Both the position numbers and the translations under genes were made by a program. From assembly GCA_012295275.1 (NCBI GenBank), contig CM022678.1:10540001-10604000 (forward strand): a stretch of DNA of 64,000 bases, given 5' to 3'. This DNA comes from Chrysomallon squamiferum. Taxonomy: Eukaryota; Animalia; Mollusca. Each line of letters begins with the position of its first letter. Position 1 is the first letter of the stretch. The notes under the pieces were generated by a model. It made no database searches. It had not been told where the DNA came from and worked only from the letters and a program-made list of their open reading frames with translations. Of the stretch, positions 57,323 to 64,000 are shown piece by piece.

Positions 57323-57400
57323 CAGTTGGTAGTTGAAGATTAATTTATGACGATAAAGCAGCTATATTTCCATTTCTACAAATATCTTGATAATAACATC
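57323..57400 (+). repeat. 78-bp dispersed direct repeat, copy 2
   Basis: Matches 55939-56016. Confidence 0.85.
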
Positions 57401-57673
57401 TTAAACATCATTATATATACATATATAGATATATAGAGATATCGATATATACACAAAAAACTATACTTAAAATGTAAATTGATTGTAAAGATGTGTATAT
57501 ATATATATATATACTTGTATATGAGATCTTTAGCAATATAATAATGTTTTACTTGGTAAAGCAGATAAAATGTGCATTTCATAGTAGCACATAAAAACAC
57601 AAATATATATATATACACATACATACCATACATTAACACAACACATACAGTACATGCAGAAATTAAATGTAAC

Positions 57674-57717
<44 letters not shown>

Positions 57718-57788
57718 CACAGCAACTGCAGTACACATGAAATACATACAAAATTCATACTTAACACACACACATATCTACATCAGTG

Positions 57789-58292
57789 AAGTATTTACTT
57801 TGATGATACCTGCAGTGGTTTAAGTATATATTTAGCCTCTCTACTGCTAAGGTTCTTATCACTATTGATCATCAGATGTTTTAATATTTTATGAAAGGAT
57901 TAGATTATATTCTGGCACTGCACTGTACTATATACCAAGAATTTAGATACATATATAAGTATTTACTTTGATGATACCTGCAGTGGTTTAAGTATATATT
58001 TAGCCTCTCTACTGCTAAGGTTCTTATCACTATTGATCATCAGATGTTTTAATATTTTATGAAAGGATTAGATTATATTCTGGCACTGCACTGTACTATA
58101 TACCAAGAATTTAGATACATATATAAGTATTTACTTTGATGATACCTGCAGTGGTTTAAGTATATATTTAGCCTCTCTACTGCTAAGGTTCTTATCGCTA
58201 TTGATCATCAGATGTTTTAATATTTTATGAAAGGATTAGATTATATTCTGGCACTGCACTGTACTATATACCAAGAATTTAGATACATATAT
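57789..58292. repeat. 3 x 168-bp near-identical tandem repeat
   Basis: Units start at 57789, 57957 and 58125. I noticed only one substitution (tcactatt vs tcgctatt). Confidence 0.93.
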
Positions 58293-58811
58293 ATATATAT
58301 CAAAAAATTAAAATCATGATTGATGAAGTATTCTGTACAAATATTCAACAAGTTGGTTGGTTACTTTTTTATTTCTAATTAATAATTAATTACTATAAAT
58401 GTTGTAATTAACTTCTTCCTCTTTTTTTTTTAATTATTGTAACTGTTTGGTCACTATTAATTTTATTACTTTATTTTTTTTTGTTTTTTTAATATTTCAG
58501 ATTTTTGGTGAACAATCTAATTTATAGTTTTAGTTTGGTCACTAATATTATAATCTCATTTTTGTTTTTAATTTGGTCACTATTAATATAATGTAATTTT
58601 TATTTTTATTTTTATTATGATTTTTTGTTGTTGTTTTTTTCAGATTTTTTAGGGTATGTTTAGTACTATTAATATTATAAATATAATTTTTATTTTTAAT
58701 ATTATCATTTTTTCAGATTTTTGTGGGGTATGTCTATAATTTTTACTTTTAACATTATAATTTAATTTCTGTAATTTAAAATTTGTTATGTTTTTTTGTT
58801 TTTTTTTTCAG

Positions 58812-58889
58812 TTTTTTGGTGAACTTGGTCACACCTTTATGGAGTTTGTCACCAACTCTGGAGACTACTGCCAGGCTCAACACGTGTAG
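58812..58889 (+). CDS. Conserved-peptide uORF of PRL/PTP4A (FFGELGHTF-MEFVTNSGDYCQAQHV*), putative Mg2+-sensing regulatory peptide; internal ATG at 58839
   Basis: The frame is open from the exon start at 58812 to TAG at 58887-58889, ~600 nt upstream of the PRL ATG. It carries a GDYCQAQH motif like the one I recall from vertebrate PTP4A1/2 uORFs (needs alignment to confirm). Confidence 0.8.
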   Translation, partial: FFGELGHTFMEFVTNSGDYCQAQHV

Positions 58890-59490
58890 AGTGTCGTCTG
58901 CGTTTGCTGCGACACGTCGGTTTGTCCAATGGGTGCTTTGCTAGATGTTCTTCATTTAATTACAAGTCAGCTGACCTGGAGGTTGCCAGCCACCAGCTCT
59001 CAAGTGTTTTGAATGGGTTAAAATACCTCATTACCCCCCCCTGGACAACTCATCACCAGTGTCTTTCTGTTTGTTATTGTTGTCTTTTTATTTAATTTAT
59101 TATTATTATTTGTTTTATTTATACCTTTTTGTTATTCATTTTCTTATATATCTATCTATATATATATATATTTTTTTTTTTTTTTCCCCAATTTTGAAAT
59201 TTGAATTTTTTTAATTTTTTTTTTGTTTTTTTTTGTTTGGATGTTCATTGGAAAGGAGGTTCTTCGGATTACTGTTGTGATTGTAGAATTTTCTATAGCA
59301 GAAATAAAAAAAGAAAGAAAAAGAAATTAAACAAAACAAAACAAAACAAAACAACAGCAATACTTTTTTTATATACATATATTTTTTTTTTTTGAAAAAA
59401 AGAGATTTAAAAAGAAATTTGTTAAACAACTGCAATAACTGAAGTGTTGGTCCTAGGTATATTGTTTCTTGTGTGTGTGGATTACATACA

Positions 59491-59704
59491 ATGTCAGTAA
59501 CAACAATGAAGGCTAGACGCCCAGAACCGTCGGAAATTCAGTTTAAGAATATGCGTTTCTTAATTACTGATCGTCCATCAGATTCCACAATGGAAAAATT
59601 TATTCAGGTTCGGTTCAGTTTTTCTTTACACTTGTTAATGTTAAAAATAGTAGATTTGAGCTGTATGAATTTCTTCAGTTTGTTAAAATAATGATGTTAT
59701 CATA

Positions 59705-59743
<39 letters not shown>

Positions 59744-60242
59744 CGCGCGCACATGAGTGTGTTTTTCTTTTAAGCTATTTTGGTTTTGGTTTATGGTAAA
59801 TTATTTTATAAACTTCATTTAATGAATAATCAGTGTAAAAAAAAAAAAAAAATTAAAACAATTTAATTTAATTTTGGTACAATTGATTAGATATCATTGT
59901 ATTAGTTTTTAAAGAATTTTATGATACCAGTTATTACTTGCCAGTCAAGTTTATTCATACATATATGTGTGTTTTCTCACACTAATGGTAGTGTTTATAA
60001 TGTATCAGATGAAGTTTGAGAACAAGGGTACGTGAATGTGTGTGTGTGTGTGTGTGTGTGTTTGCATGTTTGCATGCACGCTCATCAACAGTATTCATTA
60101 CATTTAGTTTTTTACAGGGGTTTGCTAGTATTTTATTCAATTTACATTCTTCATGAAAACAAATTACACATTGCTCCCAGGTCCGAGTAACATTTTGATT
60201 GGTTTTTCAGATTGGAAATGGCAAGGCATTGATTTTCTTTCA

Positions 60243-60273
<31 letters not shown>

Positions 60274-60377
60274 ATCTTTTACAGGAATTGCACAAGCGAG
60301 GCACAAAGGATGTAGTGAGAGTGTGTGAACCCACCTACAACACAGAAAAACTGCAGAGTGAAGGAATCCGAGTGTTG
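59491..60377 (+). CDS. PTP4A1: Protein tyrosine phosphatase type IVA (PRL-1/PTP4A), first two coding exons; 3'-partial
   Basis: Exon 59491-59607 encodes MSVTTMKARRPEPSEIQFKNMRFLITDRPSDSTMEKFIQ. Exon 60285-60377 encodes ELHKRGTKDVVRVCEPTYNTEKLQSEGIRVL. Both are hallmark PRL motifs (MRFLIT.RP, VVRVCEPTY). No WPD-loop or CX5R exons were found before 64000. It is likely the single invertebrate PRL co-orthologous to PTP4A1-3. Confidence 0.93.
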
Positions 60378-60589
60378 GTAAGTGAGAATTTTTTTTTTTT
60401 CATTTTGCTCCTATCAGTAATTATTACACAGGAATTAGGGTATTGACCAGTAATTATAACTGTTAATGGCAGCATCAGTTTCATGGTTGATGTGAGAGCA
60501 GTTAAGATTCTGTGGTAAAAGTGCATGGGGGTTGAGAGATGATGGTAAGATTGGATCTTGCTTAATGCTGGATCTTTGACCATGGTGAT

Positions 60590-61420
60590 AGCAATAATAA
60601 TAATTAGTGTGAGTAATCAGTGGATTAGTGCAGTATACAAAGTAATTAGTGTAGCGTATAAAGTGATTAGTGTGAATAGTCAGCGGGCTAGTAGTGGTAT
60701 TAAAAATAATTAATGTGTGTAGCTGATGGATTAGTGGTAGCATATAAAATTACTTTGAGTAGTTAATGAACTAGTAACAGCATATAAAGTACTAGCATAT
60801 AAAATAGTTAATGTGAGTAGCTGATGGACTAGAATATAAAATGGTTAGTATGAAAAGCATGTCAACTAGAATAACATATAAAGTAATTACTGTTAATAGC
60901 TGATGAACTACTGAGTAGTTGATACACTAGGGACAAATAAAAATGGTGAATAGTTGATCTACTAGTGGCAGGATGTAAACCAACTGCTGTGACTAGTTAA
61001 TGAATTAGTGAGACATAAAACAGTGAATACAGGTACCAGACCAATTATCAGGACCTGAGGCATTCTGGATTTTCTGGTTTTCTGGCATCTAAATATGTAA
61101 ATAATAATTTTGAAATTAAAAACATTGAAGATACACAACTGTGGCGACTCGACACTTTTAAACAATGCGGCGAGTGAATGAACGCCACACGGCTTGAAAG
61201 AGTAGTTCCGGTCTGGTGAGGACAACACCTGCACGCACAAACCATGAAAATAATGTCTGGGAAAAAAACTTCAGTTTTCTGGTCTTTCCAAATTTCAGGA
61301 TGCCAGATAATTGGTCCAGTGCCTGTAGTTGATACACTAGTGACAGCATATAAAATAACTCTGTCAGTTATTATAGACTAGTGACAGCAGTTGGTGGAAT
61401 AGTTATAAAATAGTTACAGC
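60590..61420. repeat. Degenerate tandem repeat (gtgagtagctgatggattagt..gcatataaa)
   Basis: Recurrent tagctgatg/tagttgat, actagt and gcatataaa cores, interrupted by a MITE. Confidence 0.65.
61030..61325. mobile_element. ~296-bp MITE, Tc1/mariner-pogo type
   Basis: TA on both sides (61028-61029, 61326-61327). TIR CAGGTACCAGACCAATTATC vs right-end reverse complement CAGGCACTGGACCAATTATC (17/20). Removing it restores the host repeat unit gtgaaTAgttgatacactag. Confidence 0.85.
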
Positions 61421-62253
61421 AGTTGATTTATTGCAGTAAATACATCAATTTTTGTTTTAAAAAAATATGAAATCTATAGCAGTATGTTTGTTTTTATATA
61501 TTACATGGTAAACATACATCATCCTCTTGACATTGGTGACTGCTGTAAATGTCACAATTCTTTTTAAAAAAAAGAAATCTATAATGTTTTTGTTTTTAGT
61601 TCTTGTATCCATAAACAAAACAAAAACCAACTTGTTGATCTAAATTAGTTGATACTGTACATATCAAAATTTGTTATCTTAAGAAAAAAAACTTTTATAG
61701 TATGCTTGTTATTTTTTATTTTCTATAGTGATTGCTTTTGCAGTAGTGTGATCAGTTATAACTTAGTATAATATAATGCCTGAGCATCATCTGAGTCTAC
61801 CATAGATGATATAAAATGGCAAGTAGCATCTGTTTTGATGAGCATAAAATGTTTTGATTTGCCAGTAAATAAGAAGTACTTTGATGTTCATATAAATACA
61901 TTTTTAATGATATGTTTTTATTTATCTTCTCCCCCGAAAAGATGGTCATTATCAGATTTGAATGTAGAATTTATTTCTATTCAGTTTTAAGATTTTAAAA
62001 AGCAAAGAATAATTGAATATAGGTAACTGACAGTTTTCTAGTCTCCAGATATTTGTTATGAAGGAAAATATGTTCATTGTTACTTCTTTGGTTATAATCT
62101 TCATCACTTGTTATTATTATTAGTAGTAGTAGTAGTAGTATTACTACTATTACTATTTCTACTGTTACTACTATTAATATTACTGTTTCTAATATTAGTC
62201 TTCCTATCACTGTCATTAATATTATCATTTTTCTCATTATTATGATTATTATG

Positions 62254-62290
<37 letters not shown>

Positions 62291-62904
62291 CAGACTGTTT
62301 AATGTAATGTTTATTTTTTAATTTTTTTTTTTTTTTTTTTTTCAAACAAATCCTTTATACTAAAAAAGAAAAGTGTATGTAGATGAATATACACAGAGAA
62401 AGAATGAACAGTGATTTTCATTTTATTGATTGATTCTATAATATTCTCCATGAAGAATTAATGGGGACTAATTATTAATGCATTTATTCAAATTATTCAT
62501 CAACAATTTAATAGTATACACTTTTTTTTTCTTTTTTTTTTGGATTTGCTATCTAAGTAGTACATACTAGGAATAATGCAGTTGTTTGAGCATTCTGTAA
62601 CTTGTTTTTGTTTGCCTGCAGATATATTTTCATCTTGAAGTTTTAATTAACATGGTTTCTTATTCATATAATGATTTTGTTGTAAGAGATGTTAAGACAT
62701 CTATACCCCCAAAGTTTGTAAAAAAAAAAAAATAATAATAATTTTGAAAAAGAAGCAGAAACTGGAAATACCTTCAGGACAGGACTTGTTCTCCAAAAAA
62801 CTGACTAGACGATTGGTAAACAGTACTGACCTTTTTGTGTAGTTACCTGACGAACTGCTGTTACACAGAGGTACAGACAGATGTATGCAAATAACAAAAG
62901 CAGG

Positions 62905-63197
62905 ACTGACATTTCACAAGCTTCTAGTATCAAACATTCATTTCATAAGTGTAGTATTAAACAGATTTTATAATTTTGTAGTCACAATTTAGCATACATT
63001 TCACAAGTATATTAATAAACACACATTTCACAAGTTTGTAGAACTTAGCATGCATTTCACAAGTGTAGTATTAAACATGCATTTTACAAGTTTGTAGTAC
63101 TTAGCATTCATTTCACAAGTGTAGTATTAAACATGCATTTTACAAGTTTGTAGTACTTAGCATTCATTTCACAAGTGTAGTATTAAACACACATTTA
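62905..63197. repeat. Dimeric ~27/29-bp minisatellite (catttcacaagtgtagtattaaacatg / cattttacaagtttgtagtacttag)
   Basis: Alternating units with a ~56-bp higher-order period. Confidence 0.85.
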
Positions 63198-63664
63198 TTT
63201 GATGATTTATGATAAGTCAGTGCTTTACTGTGTTACGTTTTCTCTGTTTTTCCTTCTTTTTTAAAGTTGGTCGTAACTTAGCAAAGCAATAATTTATAGA
63301 TAAATGATACTTTAAATTTATTGTATTTTATTTTCTGTAGAGTCTGACATTTTTTTTTTGTTCTAAAAAAGTTTAAAATTTGTTTTGTGTTATATATATT
63401 CAGTTCTTATGATATATCTGATGTGTTCTCTAGTCTTTTTTTATTGATCCAGCACGATGCATAGATTTTTACTTCAGCTGAGTTTTTATGGTAGAGAACA
63501 ATGCTTAACTCAGTACTAAAGAGGGTAGTCCACACAATATCTCCTTGTGTATTTATTACCAGTGTTAATGGTATATAGACTGATAAAAGCCTGAGCTGTC
63601 AATAAGAACATTCCTAGAGAAAAGCCTATATTATTTAGTGTTACTTTGTTATATTAAATCTCTC

Positions 63665-64000
63665 TTCAGTACTGGAAAGTTCCGTTGCTGAAAAAATGTT
63701 TCATGTCAGTAGATACTGCCTTGCCTAGGAAAGTTCTGTTATTAGAAAAACATACTTGTAGTTAGATACTATCTGGAACTGTTTTATTACTGGAAAAATA
63801 TTTCATTTCAGTAGCTTCTTGTCTAGGAAAGATCCAACATTAGAAAAATATGTAGATATTGTTATTAGAATAAACATGTTTCATATCAGTAGATATTGCC
63901 TTGTCTAGAAAAGTCTCTTACTAGAAAAATGTTTCATCTCAGTAGATACTGCCTTGTCTGGGAAAGATCTCTCACTAGAAAAATGTTTCACATCAGTAGA
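63665..64000. repeat. ~50-55 bp tandem repeat (cagtagatactgccttgtctaggaaag..actagaaaaatgtttcat), runs off the right edge
   Basis: At least 5 degenerate copies. Confidence 0.8.

Overview
This is AT-rich, microsatellite-dense eukaryotic genomic DNA with spliced genes. It is probably an invertebrate; a mollusc such as a cephalopod is my guess from composition and protein style, not a proven assignment. I reconstructed five protein-coding genes by hand with consistent GT-AG exon phases. (1) TDRD7/Tapas-like LOTUS+Tudor gene, minus strand, running off the left edge. (2) Kinetochore gene CENP-O, plus strand. (3) An intronless class-A FMRFamide/srw-like GPCR nested antisense in the last CENP-O intron. 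(4) TDP2, minus strand. (5) The 5' part of a PRL/PTP4A phosphatase, plus strand, with a ~24 kb first intron. The most notable signal is a peptide-coding uORF in the PRL leader (FFGELGHTF-MEFVTNSGDYCQAQHV*) resembling the magnesium-sensing uORF of vertebrate PRL-1/2. It appears to be split by the 24 kb intron. Two candidate alternative first exons each supply an in-frame AUG, and a hairpin sits right after its stop codon. The window also holds a TTAA-flanked Kolobok-like element, a TA-flanked MITE, several tandem repeats and duplicated splice sites. Most entries in the supplied ORF track are microsatellite artefacts.
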